From positions 1 to 64,000 of the forward strand of contig KZ538026.1 of the NCBI GenBank assembly GCA_000934665.2: a stretch of DNA of 64,000 nucleotides, given 5' to 3'. Position numbers and translations under genes: made by a program. Shown piece after piece: positions 1 to 12,600 of the stretch. Positions within the stretch are counted from its first letter, which is position 1, and every line of letters begins with the position of its first letter. The stretch comes from Catajapyx aquilonaris (Eukaryota). A model generated the notes under the pieces. That model did not search any database and was not told the DNA's origin. It saw only the letters and a program-made list of their open reading frames with translations.

Positions 1-443
1 CACCTCTCATACTTTTTATGAAGGCAATAACAAAGTATAGAAATATTCGACCTGAGAGCATTGTTCGAACAACAACAAGAACAAGAACAAAAAAAAAGAA
101 AACGACGCAGCTTTGTTGTGAGACTACGAGTGTATGTGCAGGAAGCGCTCACCTATACAATCCATTATCGTGCTGACGAGTCCAAAATGAAGGACAAAAA
201 ATTGTCTGAAAAATTATCTAAGAATATGAACGTGGATCAGTTAAAACGCAGTAATAATGCTGACTATTTGAATCATTTATTATGCACATTTAATGGGAGG
301 TTCCTGGTTACAACTAAGCATTGCGAATTGTTCAACGAGATCTGATGCAGTTGTGAACTGGGTTGTCTGAAAATCGTTATCAGAAAAAAAACGTGATACA
401 TACAGGAAAATAACAAAATGCAGGCTTCTGCAATAAATGGGAG

Positions 444-642
444 TTTTTTTTTACGGGGCTCTGAATTAAGCTAAAAATGAGTTAGACCGAGGTTTTACCG
501 GAAAAACAATTCCGTTTTTTAAACTGTCTGCGATGGATTTTCATTTTGTGAAGAGACTTCTTCCATATGAAAAAGTCCACCTTGCGACCCGCCAGGATTC
601 GAACTTGAGAGAAGACTGTGACGATAACCACTACACCACCAA
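444..642 (-). mobile_element. tRNA-derived SINE-like element or tRNA pseudogene fragment
   Basis: Minus strand has an A-box-like TGGTGTAGTGGTTATC and a B-box GTTCGAATCC with the anticodon arm missing, then about 130 bp of body and an A9 tail at 452-444. Confidence 0.55.
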
Positions 643-2009
643 TGATGTCTAATAATGAGTAAAAGAAATTTTCACTGACAAATGACTCTAAAGAAACCTC
701 CTGGGTCATGTGAAGGAAGATCAGGTACTTCATGTAATTCACAACCTCACCGCTCTAGGTGCGTGAAGAGGGAATACCAAGCATGTGCTGCCACCAAGTT
801 GGAAGTACCTGTGATCAAATTTTCTGCAATGTTTAGCTCCTAAAGTCGTCGCAACATCATTGCCTACCCATTATCATATAAGGTCAGCAACATAATGAAT
901 GGCCTGTCACTTATTCAGGGCAGCATACCAAGCCAGCATATTTATCTGAGCCATTGTGCAATTTTTGGTGGCGTGCCTGAATTAATCGGAGAGATGAGGC
1001 AGCGAACCCCCCCTTTTTTCCCACCAAACTGACCTCGAGAGTTGGGGGTCACCCTCGAGAGGTCGTGACCCCTGTCATAGATAGCCCCCTTCGGTTAATT
1101 CTCAGGATATATATAAAAAAAACTTATTCTTGAGATGGTGCAGAGCCAGAAATAGAGTCAAAGAGGGGTTGAAGTTTCGCAAAACCTGATGATTGACACT
1201 TGTTGCTAACCGAACAAGCATCCAAGTGTGCCAGGCACGCTCTCTCAGCTCCAGATTATAATATAGCGTGACCTGCAGTGGTCAACAAGGGTCAAGCCAG
1301 CACACATGCTTCAAGTGCGAAACAAACAACCAAGGTTACGACGCCAATAAAACGGGGGAATGCCTTTGGGTATATATATTTCCTTGTGTATTATCCAGTT
1401 GTAATTTCCAAATTATTTACAAAATATGTTTGCACCACAAAAAAGTCAAGCTTGTCCGTCACATACATTTTTCTGCAGGAAAAATACATTGTTATTTTTT
1501 TCCCCCACAAGGGATCTGTCCCTGCCATGTGTATATTATACATACATTTTTACTCTGCTTAACAGTTACCTATTGCTCGTGGATACTGTAGATTAATTGT
1601 AATAACCAGTGCACTGCATGTGCGCAGTACACGCACCCACACATACACACCCTAGATCCGAACTCTACAAAACCTACAGTGTAAGCGTGGAGGCTTATAT
1701 GAATAAATAGTGTGTGTATATTATTTTATATATATATATATATTTAAAACAAAAATTTCACCAGCGTTTGCTGACGCTGCTAACCCGCCAAAAAACAGTT
1801 TTTCGACGATTCTTTGGTCTACTCTACGTTCACAACTGGCAGGAGAGAGAGAAAAAACGACATTGTTGGTGTTACAAATCAGTGTTAATAATGCACGATA
1901 ACAATGCACGCGACAATATTGGTGGGACATGAAAAGCACTTGACAAAAAAGTTCCATTCGCAAAAATTCATATTTACAGTTTACACGATTCGGTGTAAAA
2001 ACAAAGGTA

Positions 2010-3640
2010 TAGGATTCTGCCCTCTTCTTTATTAATATACAACATATTTAACCGCTAAATGCACAACTATATTTATACCTACTGAATCCAATACTTGATG
2101 ATAATTATGTTTTGTGCTATTTCGATGTGGACGCCTTTAGTTGTAAGAGCCCTAAACGGAATAGGTGGTTAACTTACATGAAGTTACCTAAACAGTACAC
2201 GAAATATATAGACTAAACTGAAATGATTCCAAGAGTAAATATATAGTTACAATTAATTTTTTTCTTCTTCCCCGCTAATTTCATATTCCGCGCACTCTTT
2301 TGCTTTGCCCTGCAAAAAATTTGAAAATACATCTTGATATGTATCTACCTAGATACTGAGTTGGTCTGCCTTTAAAACTGTGTCACCTGATAGTGAATCA
2401 CAAACAAGCCAGCGAACTATCGCAGTTTCCTATCAGGCTTGCGAGCGGAGCTGCAGCTACTCTACGGCCCAATTAGTGATTCAAATAGTTTCAAACTATT
2501 ATTATTATTATTATTGTACCAATTATATATTATTTTTCTTCTCCCATACAAAACTATCCATATCTTCTCTTTGTAACCATCAGTCGCCGTTAACAATATT
2601 GAAGGATAATATATTATATATTTCTCTGTTCTGGTTCAACACGAGGTTAAAATTCTACCTCATAATCTGTGGCTAATCGCATCACAGCCTATCAAGTTTT
2701 AACTGCACGTTTTTCAAAGGTTGTCATACAAATTAAAAAACAGATAGTCAAAACTATCCGGGCTTTGATGCAACCGTCCCTAAAACTGTAAGATGGAAGG
2801 ATTTTTAAAAGTTTTGACCAAGTGCAACATTGTTGCGTCAACATTTTTTCCCCTTAATAACTAGTGCTCAACGGACAGAAAAAAATCACGGGACAACAAG
2901 GCTATTACGTCGGACATTTTTCTTACGACCAAGTATTTTAACTAGATGTGTAACGGTGCAACTATATAGTTTCTTTTGGCAAAAGCTGTGCTTTGTGTCT
3001 GTTTTTTTAATCCACTGCAACCGTCACGTAGTTTCGCTTGAAAATATTCCCTACTATCTCTCTGCACGCATTATTATGTACAACAATAGCACCTGCTCCA
3101 CCCCCTCCCCAGCTATTTTTTTTTTCCAGGTTGTTGTCAGGGAGTGGCCACACAACAGATGAAAATATGCCCTTCTGGCAAATAAGTATCCCCTTTTATA
3201 CTCGGATTTTATATACAGCGGCGCGGTACTAAACTGTATATGGAATGGGTACAAACCGCGACCACGTGTAATTGACACACAAAAGAGACGCCCATGGCGA
3301 CCCACCTCAACCCCACCCACCCAGAATAATGTGGAAAATACGATTGCACCTGCCGGAGTCACACAAAAAATTTCTCACTTCTATATGCTATAACTTTGTG
3401 CCATTACGCTGTGGGGATATGTATGAATTACTGGGGGTAGATTTTTTTTTCCTATATGAATTCACCTGCTGATTTTTTTGGTTTGGGTTCTGACCCTATA
3501 CACCCGGCCAGGTGGTTTAAACGAGCTAACTTTGCAGTTAGTTGTCTGTCTGTTTGCCGGTGATGGTGACATTTTGGTGAGCAGCAGTGCGGGGTGTTTT
3601 TTGTGGGACGATTGAAAAGAGTGTGACTCGTCGATTCTCA
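2010..3640 (-). other. Probable KChIP 3'UTR (may extend further)
   Basis: AT-rich sequence after the stop; first minus-strand AATAAA I found is at 2033-2028, another at 281-276. Confidence 0.45.
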
Positions 3641-3688
3641 TCACCACATCTCGTCGAAAACGGCCAGAGAGTTGCGAATGTCTTCGTT
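3641..3688 (-). CDS. KChIP: KChIP last coding exon (C-terminal helix + stop)
   Basis: Follows a 68-nt intron with acceptor ttttttttcaatcgcag; encodes NEDIRNSLAVFDEMW followed by tandem TGA TGA. Confidence 0.95.
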   Translation of the reverse strand, partial: NEDIRNSLAVFDEMW

Positions 3689-6600
3689 CTGCGATTGAAA
3701 AAAAAATATGTTTAATTAATTACTTGTCCCGCACAAAAATGTTGGAAATAAAATACCTTTGAGCAATAATCCATGAACTCGTCGACGGTGACAACCCCAT
3801 CGTGGTTCAGGTCCAGTTTCTGCAAAACAGTTCAGTCGATTACTGGCTTGTCATGACACAATTAGTATGTAATTCCGGGGCTGGCCATCATCACAACACA
3901 CACGCATGACCAGGGGGAAAGCGGTCCATTCTGTACATCATTACATTGCAGCTGTAATGCATCACTGCGGATACATTATCAACCGCTACAACAAATTTAT
4001 GCAAATCGGTCCATAAACCACGGTCATGCGTGACATGTTATTGACCGCCGAAAGTCCGAGTGAACCAGCACAAACACCTAGTGTGCTGTAGTACACACCT
4101 TAAATATCCTCTCCACGTGGTCTCTCGGTGTGTCATGCTCGATGCTGTTCTCTGTCGAGCTCATTAGGTCGTAGATGGCCGTTATCACCTCCAGCATCTC
4201 CTCCTTCGTGATCCTCCCATCCTTGTTCACATCATATAAGCTGTGACACAAATATTCAGGGATTAGTAAGTCGAATCGGAGTAACTAGGCAGTGAGCTGG
4301 GCCTAGCGCCACATGGAGCTAGGCCTAGGTACCACATGAAGCTAGGCCTAGGTGCCACATGGAGCTAGGCCTAGTCGCCATTTTGAGCAAACCGGCCATT
4401 TTGGTCCCCATCTGGAAACATGCATTTTGACAGCCTGGAGATCAGACTGCAGTGCAGGGAATTCCCTGATGAAGTCCCTGAAGGAGTATAAAACGCAGAT
4501 AGACTGCCAGGCAAGTTTCTCCGAGTACTTTGGCTACCTCTCCCCACCATTTGGATGGAAGGAAGGAGGAAGAGGGAAAAAAAAACAAACCCATGGAAGG
4601 GAACAAGGGTCTTGGCAGATGCTCTTGAATTGGAGACGTACGACCGGTAATGTCGATTGTGTCCTGGACAAATTGGGGTCATAGAGAAGACGACTCACCC
4701 GACTAAATGATCATCCCTCATGGAAAAACGAGTTTCAAGTTACGGGCCCCAAATCGCAGAGGGAGTGGATGGTACTTTCCAAAGTGAATAATATGTATGT
4801 ATGAACGCTCAGGGAAACGCTGCTCCATAAAAAGGGACTACTCCGAAAGAATATTCGCCCATCATTCAACTGATAAAAAAAAAGTAAATGGCATCCAGCG
4901 TATTTAGAAAATCACTGCTCTGGGAGGTCGTTCTTATCCCGAATAATAAAAAGAACTAACCTTAAGCCTTACTGGTTATAAAATATTGAACGAAAAGCGG
5001 ATGACTCCCCCCCTTGTTCCACTCTTTTTTTAAAAAAGAAGAAAAAGTTGGAAACTGCTCTCCGGTATAGTGTTAAGGTTTTATGAAACGTCGATCGCGC
5101 CAAGTTGGAAAAAGGAGGCTTAAACCATCGAGACGAAACTTGTAAATCTCCCAGATGGCTGAGTGCTGGAACTGCACCTAAAGGGTTTTCTCCTCACCGG
5201 GCTCCAAATGATAGCTCGAGACACACACAAAAAAATAGAGAGTGTAAGTGCGCAAAAAAAAAGAAAAAGAAAGAGGCAAGGAACGGACGGGCAATTTTTC
5301 GGTTAGAGCAGATGTCTCCAGAGGCAATAACTAAGAGGGGCAAAAGGACCATAAATCGTTGGGGAAGAGGGTGAGGACGGCATGATGGATCGAAACAGGG
5401 GCCAGGAATTTGTCTTCGTCTCGCGATTTGTCTTGCACTGGAAACGAAGAGTGATTGTCAGGGTCAAGTCCCGGGTTCACAACAAGTGGATAGCCCTGTT
5501 TCGAAGCGTAGGAGATGGCCGCAGGATGAACAAAAAAATATATATACATATAATCCTTATCTCGGGTGGGCGTGATTAAAGAGAAACACCACACGTATTT
5601 GTTACCTAAATTGCGAAGAATCTGACAACATGGACAGAGAAATGCAAACCAATGTTTATTGCAAATGTTTATTGTCCTTTTGCTCAGAGTCTACGTGAAA
5701 TTTGATCAATATTATAATTTCCTGGCCGGATGTGTTTCCTCGCGACGACGGGCGTGTATTTTTTGATGTACCACGTAGGGCATATTAATTATGGCTAAGG
5801 CATAATGTGTGGCCTACATTCTGCCTACAACTATCCATATTCGGCTTCTCACTTAAGTACACCAATAACGTGTTTGCACATTAATTTTTGCACAGTTTGT
5901 GTATACGAGTCTACCAATAAAGTGAGCCGATGGGTAATGTGAATTTGCTAACAAGCATATTTTAAACCACCACAGCTTTATAGACATTTAAACTATTTTG
6001 AAGCTATTTTGTAACCTTGTTAGATAAATAATTCTAATCATACTTCAGCGATTCCCATTTCCATATGAAGAGATGGAATTGGCAAAGAAGTTGATTGTTT
6101 ATACCAGCAACTATACATTGAAGATAAGCAAGAATTAGGGTTGCATCCAAGTTTTTAAAACACACAGCTAGAGTAAACAATCCGTAACTTTCTCCCAGCC
6201 CTTTCTCTTGGAAAAGGATATGGATAATGCACTATCATGTATTTTGCATGCTTCACAAACACATTTTTGGCCACTAGTTCAGCGGAAATACCACATAAAC
6301 TTGCAGGTAAGGGCATGATAAATTCAGACTGTTTAATAATGCAAAAGCATCGTTAGAGTTCCGTATTTAAAACATTGGGTAAGCACAAAATGTAAATCCT
6401 CGTCGTGCCCTGTCTGTTCTAATTAAGTTGCTTCCTGCATCAATGTTATTGTCGAGATAACGTTGTTGCAGTTAAATATTGCAGTGTACAGTAAATTAAC
6501 TATCCCATTATTTAACAACTGGCCATAGTTTCACAGTTTTATTTGTTAACATTATTACTCACTATGCATTTACGTGAATAGCCTGTAATCAAACCCTGAC

Positions 6601-9600
6601 ACAACAGTGGTCGTCAGTCACTAATGGCGTCACCGCAAAAATAACATGATGGCAACAAAATTAACCGAGTGGACTGTACCGCAATAACAGGAAGAAACAG
6701 CGTCTATTTGCCTAGTTATAACCCTTACGTTAATGAAGTCATATCGTAAAAATGATGCTAATTACCACAAGGGTACTTTACTCGGACAAGATCGGCTTAG
6801 TTACCACCCATCTCCGGCATTACCGCCACGAGCAAAAAAAACCGTTCGTTATACCCGGATCCTTTCCAAAGGGTTTTCGCTAAAAATGACGCCAAAATTT
6901 CCTTGTTTCTTTGTTGTTCGCTCAATAACTTTGCAACTAGATTTGGCCAAGTTTCGACATAATTCGCGGCAGACCTCGATTTAATCAAAGCCTGCCGCGA
7001 AATATGGCCTCTGCCACACAAATACTGCGGTTTTGGCTGGCTTCTAATTACATAATTAGTGATCATAACTAAATCACATGTGTCCACATGTGACAGAATT
7101 CTTGAATTGCATAAAAAATGTCATATAATTAATAAGGTAAGGAGATGAAATTTATTACGCCTGCAGGTTGTGTATCTTGTGATACAAGAGTGTGGTTGCA
7201 TAGAAACTCAGGATGAATCAGAATTTTGGCAAAGTAGACTCTCAAAAAATAATGAAAAATGTCAGTTAAATGTGAGCTTATCCTACATAGTGTAACCGTT
7301 CCTCAATCAAGTGGTTTTAAGGACCCGTCGCAATAGTGTGACTGTAAAACTGTGGGGCCATAAATTTATATTATTTTTCGTAACGAATAAAAATCCGTGG
7401 CATGAGTCGGTCGCAAATTGAACTGTCACTCAGGCCGGATTTATTAGCATCAAGTACGTTTCACGCAAAAAAAAAGCTCGCCCGCCGAGATTTATAATGA
7501 AGCAAAATTGACATGATGTCCAAAAATGGATCCGGGTCATTCGGGAAATCCATGGGAAATCCGGTGGAATCCATCGAAAGTAATTACCCGTCACTAGTTT
7601 CGCGCGGTTCGGGCTTTAGTGATCCGGCAACTCATTAGAAGTTTAACAATTAGAAACTACCCGAGAAAACTTGTTCCGGAGGCTGGTTTTGGGATCCGAT
7701 GATATAAACCTGCCCGGATACAACAACACCTATCCCGCGATGTTGACGGGCGTGAGTCTTCCGGAATTTTCGGGCATCAAAAGACTTGGCAATTTGTCAC
7801 CGAGTTTTAACAACACACACACACACACACAAAAAAAGGTTAGGTCAGTTGGCATCAAACAAACAAAAAACTTTGGTCCCACAAAAAAAACCAGATCTGA
7901 TCAAGGCTTGGTTAGGCCCCAACCTGCCCCATAACTCTTTGTAATCAGAGGCGATTCAGGTCGCCTGATAGTGTTGGTTGCAACATGTGGTAGGTTATCA
8001 CACCAACTCTCCCAGAGGTGAGATATCCCCCCCCCACAGCATCCCAAAAACACACACTGATAAGCTCCGAAAATCCACAAAGCTCAGTATATTGCAACTG
8101 GTAAGAACCTTGTTGCATCCACGCGATTTTAGAGAGAAAAAAATATCCGATTTCCACCGTAACACATTAGAGAGCCTTTATTATAAGAGAATCGCCAACT
8201 TCAGACGTCACGGTGTCTATGATTGGCTGATGAGCTGTCCTATGGAGGCTGCCATCTTGCGTTGCTACGGAAAAAGTGGCCGGTTCTGACGTCACGGCCG
8301 GCCGTGACGTCAGAACCGGCCACCTTTTCCGTAGCAACGCCATGACGTCTGAAGTTGGCGATTCTCTCTATAATTGGATATTTTCTCTAATAATATAAAC
8401 ATTTTATAGTCACAAGTTTATACAATTTAGTCATTGTTCACCAGGAATTCTGCAAACATGTGTTCGACCCGGAATACCGGCTGTATCGGCCAAAATCCAA
8501 CCAAACCACGCTCCATTGCTGACTCTCTGGCACCAAATTACTTTAATTCCATTTTATACGTGGTCCAGTGGAGGGGGGGCAAGGGGGGCAAGGTTAAAAC
8601 AGCCCATCAAGCCCTGTCCCTGGATGGAAATTACTGGGCGTGTCTCGGTTTTCATCCCATCAATTTGGGGTCCTGCCGTATTAGCACTCGGTCACCACTT
8701 TGAGACTTCTCATGGGACCGCTTTTCATCATTCATGTATGTAATCAATCCATAAGAGCTTGGGGGTGGGGGATGGGGGGTGTCTGACTGATGTAAGAGGA
8801 GGGTGTGTGTGAAAAAGCTGCCAACGGAAGCGTAATCAGGAAATAGGTCTTATTCCGGTGGTGTCCGCTACTCCGGAACTGATGAGCTGCTTTTTGGAGG
8901 CCCCTGAGAGTGCCAAGAGCCGCATNGGGGGGGGTTTGGTGTTTTCCCACCCACCCCCCGAATCTCCACTGGGAGAAGAGACAGTCTGGCTTGCTTCATC
9001 AGCAACACGAAAACTTTGCATGCGTTTCATTTCCCACGGTTTACCGCAAAGTTTTGCAAACATTACGTCCCAAACTGGGCGGACTAGTGGATAAAATTAG
9101 AGTCGGGGGAAGTAATAAAAACCCAGGGAGGTGGACAGAATCGTCATAAAAATGGACTTATTTACTCGCAGATTTATTTTTCCACGTGGATGCTTGCTCG
9201 TCCGAGTGGACCACTCAGTTTGTACGATTGGGAGCAATCAGCACTGGAAATGATGCTGCACTTTACATTTAAAAAAAATACATTAGGAGATCCCTTCATT
9301 TGCAGAGTACATCAGCCAAAGTTACATACACGAACCTTAAGCCAGTTAAAGCCAGAAAGAACATCCATTAATCGCACAAACCCCTCCCTGTGGGATAGAG
9401 GCCCACCACTGTTGGACACTCTGGCTTTTCCTGCAGGTTCAGATTTCCTAGCCGATTTCTCACGCCTGTCCAGTTACAACCCTATACTTTAGGAGAAAAA
9501 AAAACGTGGCAGCACCAAAGTCAATAATGCATTCCGGCTAAGAGGCCTCTAGCCATGATGGCCCACCTCCAGAGCGAAAAAAAAGAGAGATAGGGTCTCG

Positions 9601-12600
9601 AACTGTACGATCCGGACCCATCGCTATTAGTGCGTCGTCAAATGTGCCCGGTCCATAAACACGTTTTTGCTGCAGGGTTGGATAAAAAAAAAGTGTGCTT
9701 GCTGGCAGGCAGGATTGCCACTTGCGGGGGGTCCAGATCGATCTGCACATCTGGATGATGCGGAATGGGAGGGTTGGGGGATGGAGAGAGAGTGCCCCCT
9801 TTATAAACTGTTGATTTCCGCCTTGGGCTGCGTTTCCAGCTAGAGGCCAATCCAGCAATGAAATATTCAGCTTCCAAAAAAAGGGGGTATAAAAAATGCT
9901 GACCTGAAGGCCCATCTGAGCCGATCGTGGACCGATCCTTTGATCAGGACGGAGAGTCCAACCAGGAAGTCCCCGAAGGAGATGCTGCCCGTTTTGTCCC
10001 GGTCCAGCGTCCGGAAGACGTAGTGAGCGTACTGCCTCGAGTCGGCTGTGGACACAACCAAAAATTAGTAACACTGGAGACAGGTGATTACCTGGATGAC
10101 AATATGCATCAAATTACTCGCAAGGTTGGGTCCTATACTTAATTTTCAGATATGCTTTTAGCGGGAATGTCGTTATTGCGAGCCATTTTTTTTCTCTATG
10201 GCAAATAGCATCGCTGGCTCTATAAAGGGCCCGCATTATGGCACCTGCGTTCCGGATTGCAATTAAAAGTCCTCTCCCAGCTGTTGGGGGAAACGCCATT
10301 CCAAAATAGCCTTTGACAAGAGTTCACCATGGTTTCAACTGACGTCAAACTTACGTCGCAGTAGTTGGCTTTTCCATATATGGTAATTATCGGCATGGGG
10401 AAGTTGCAACTATAGGTGAGGTTTGCGAATCTGGAATCAAAATTTGGCACAAGATACGTCATGGAAGATGAAAGTAGTGAAGGACAACACCCACAGCTTT
10501 TAATCACCTGAGTCTCGGGAACACGTGTATTAATTACTTTTCAGCCGCCAAATTAATAAATTACAGTTCCCCTTCTTTTGCAGAGCACTCTGAATTAACC
10601 CAAATTTTTCCTCACTCGCCGGCCCCCTCTCTTATCAGTGTCAGAATCAGTAGTGGTCTCGCCTTCACCTCAGTGCAATATGAGGTTAATTAAAGGGTGG
10701 GGTGAATGTATAGTAATAAGAGTCACGTGATGAAAGGAATGCGGGTATGTCGCATGATATTTTTCCCACTGAAATCTGGCTGGCTGGGAAAAAAGCAAAC
10801 CGGCTTAAAAAAAAAGATAGCACAAGTGTAAATAAATTTTCGGATCGACAGAGTCGTGTCCGCCGTGAGCGTCGAAACGAGCCAATCAGCGGTGAGAAAA
10901 CACGAGCTGCACGCTTTTTTTTTCTTTTCCGTTATATATATTTTTTTGTCGAGAATGAAAACTTCAGACGTGTGCCCAACAGGGCGGAACCAAAAGCAAA
11001 CGGGAACGATTTTTTTCCCCCTTCTCTCTCCCCAAGTCTTCGTCTCTCACTTATATTTGGAGGCAGAGTCTGTCAACCACTTAAATTCCCAACCTCTTCT
11101 CCAAGGAGTGACACGCGAATTGACATCTGAGGAGAGCCAAAAATAGGTTAGGCACACAAAAAAAAATTTGTCATCAACAATTCGACATCAGGTTGTTCCG
11201 GGTGACTTGAGCCTAATTTCGTTACAAAACGAATCACTGTGCTCATATAGAAAGTTTAAAAGACTGACAGAAAATCTTCCAAGAATGTCAAGCTCATTTT
11301 GTTACCGGACCAAAATTTGGTGTCAATTTTCGATACTGTCAGAGCCGAGCAAATCCAGTAGTTTAGTCACAGTCCACATCTAATGGCAGTTGTCAGAGGG
11401 TTTAGTAGCGGGGGGCTTAGAAAATTTATTGCTGCAAAAGTTGGCAACGTCCCAGAAGCTTGCACTCTACAACGTAAATTGCAAAAATGCTTTTACAAAA
11501 CCATCAAAAATATTGCCCTCAGAGCTGTCAAACAAGTTCAAAATCTGAGCTGCCCCTTCTAAGATTTTTTTTTTTCCTTCTACAAAACCTTCTTCTCAAT
11601 CCAACAATGGCTGTCCTACCCGGTTGCCACCCGATTTGAAGAAACGCACTTAGACATCCCCTGTACCTCCTGACATTTCAAAAACGAACGCGACAGAACC
11701 CTCTTTTTTTCTATATATACACACGAGTCTTTTACTCCCGCTGGGTACCCAGCAAAGGATTCCATCAGGAAATTGACCAACACAAGTTCATCGGAGAGGA
11801 AACTTCTCCAAGAAAACCTCAGGGCGTGTTTGGCTTTGCACTTGTTTCCCTCCCCAACAAGCCCTCAAGGAAAAATCCCCCACAATGGCAGGAAATGCTT
11901 GCCTATTTTATTTTTTTAAAAAAAAGTGCGGCCCAACCCTACAGCAAAAATGTATCCAGCTCGCCCACCAAAATATTGCAGCAGATTTCGAAATGACAAG
12001 CCGGGGACTGCGAGTGTGCCAATTATCCCTGGGTCAAGCCCTGCTGATGAGCTCCATCAGGATTGCGGTGGTTGCGGGTCCTCGTCACTCATACACCCTG
12101 CTTTGATCAAAGCCAAGAGTGGTTTTCAAACGCTGCCAGCACAACCTAGGATGGACTGTATACGAGCATGGTCGTGCCATTACTCAAGTACTCAAGAGCG
12201 GAATCTTTCTCCTAAAAGGCCTATTCTCTCCGTCGGATATTTGTCCGACCTAATAGTACCGCTATCGGCCTGAAGAGTGTGCAGAGGGAGTGTGCGCCAT
12301 CTATGAGCACAGAATAGTACTGTGTGGTAAATCGGCGGGCCATCTCATTACAATTGTTTAATTGTCACTTTCATACTGATTTTTTTTGCCAAATTTTTGG
12401 CAATGGATTCACTAGTAAACGATTTTCGCTTCAGCGGCCAAGTAACGCCAAATTATTGAACACCCTGTATCAGCAGTGAAAACCTGTCGTGCGGAACAAA
12501 AGTATCTGAATACACCTGAGGAGGATCGCGGCACGCTATCTTCACACGTGGGAATACACAAGGTTACACAACATGCGGGATTCGATTGCTTTCAGACAAT

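Noticed and set aside
61..345. 94-aa ORF as an upstream exon of the plus-strand gene
   Set aside because: Low-complexity start, only a weak donor and no recognisable motif; cannot be supported.
583..642. Functional tRNA gene
   Set aside because: A and B boxes are present but there is no anticodon arm or full cloverleaf; treated as SINE-like.
4699..4716. 18-nt in-frame microexon with a gtgagt donor between the KChIP EF2 and EF3 exons
   Set aside because: It needs a rare GAG acceptor and would interrupt the conserved helix entering EF3.
7654..7751. Plus-strand exon-like segment ending GGC|gtgagt
   Set aside because: It lies in a CCCG/CCGG-rich repeat-like tract, and its phase-1 start would create TAA with the 7260 donor and does not fit the 7271 donor.
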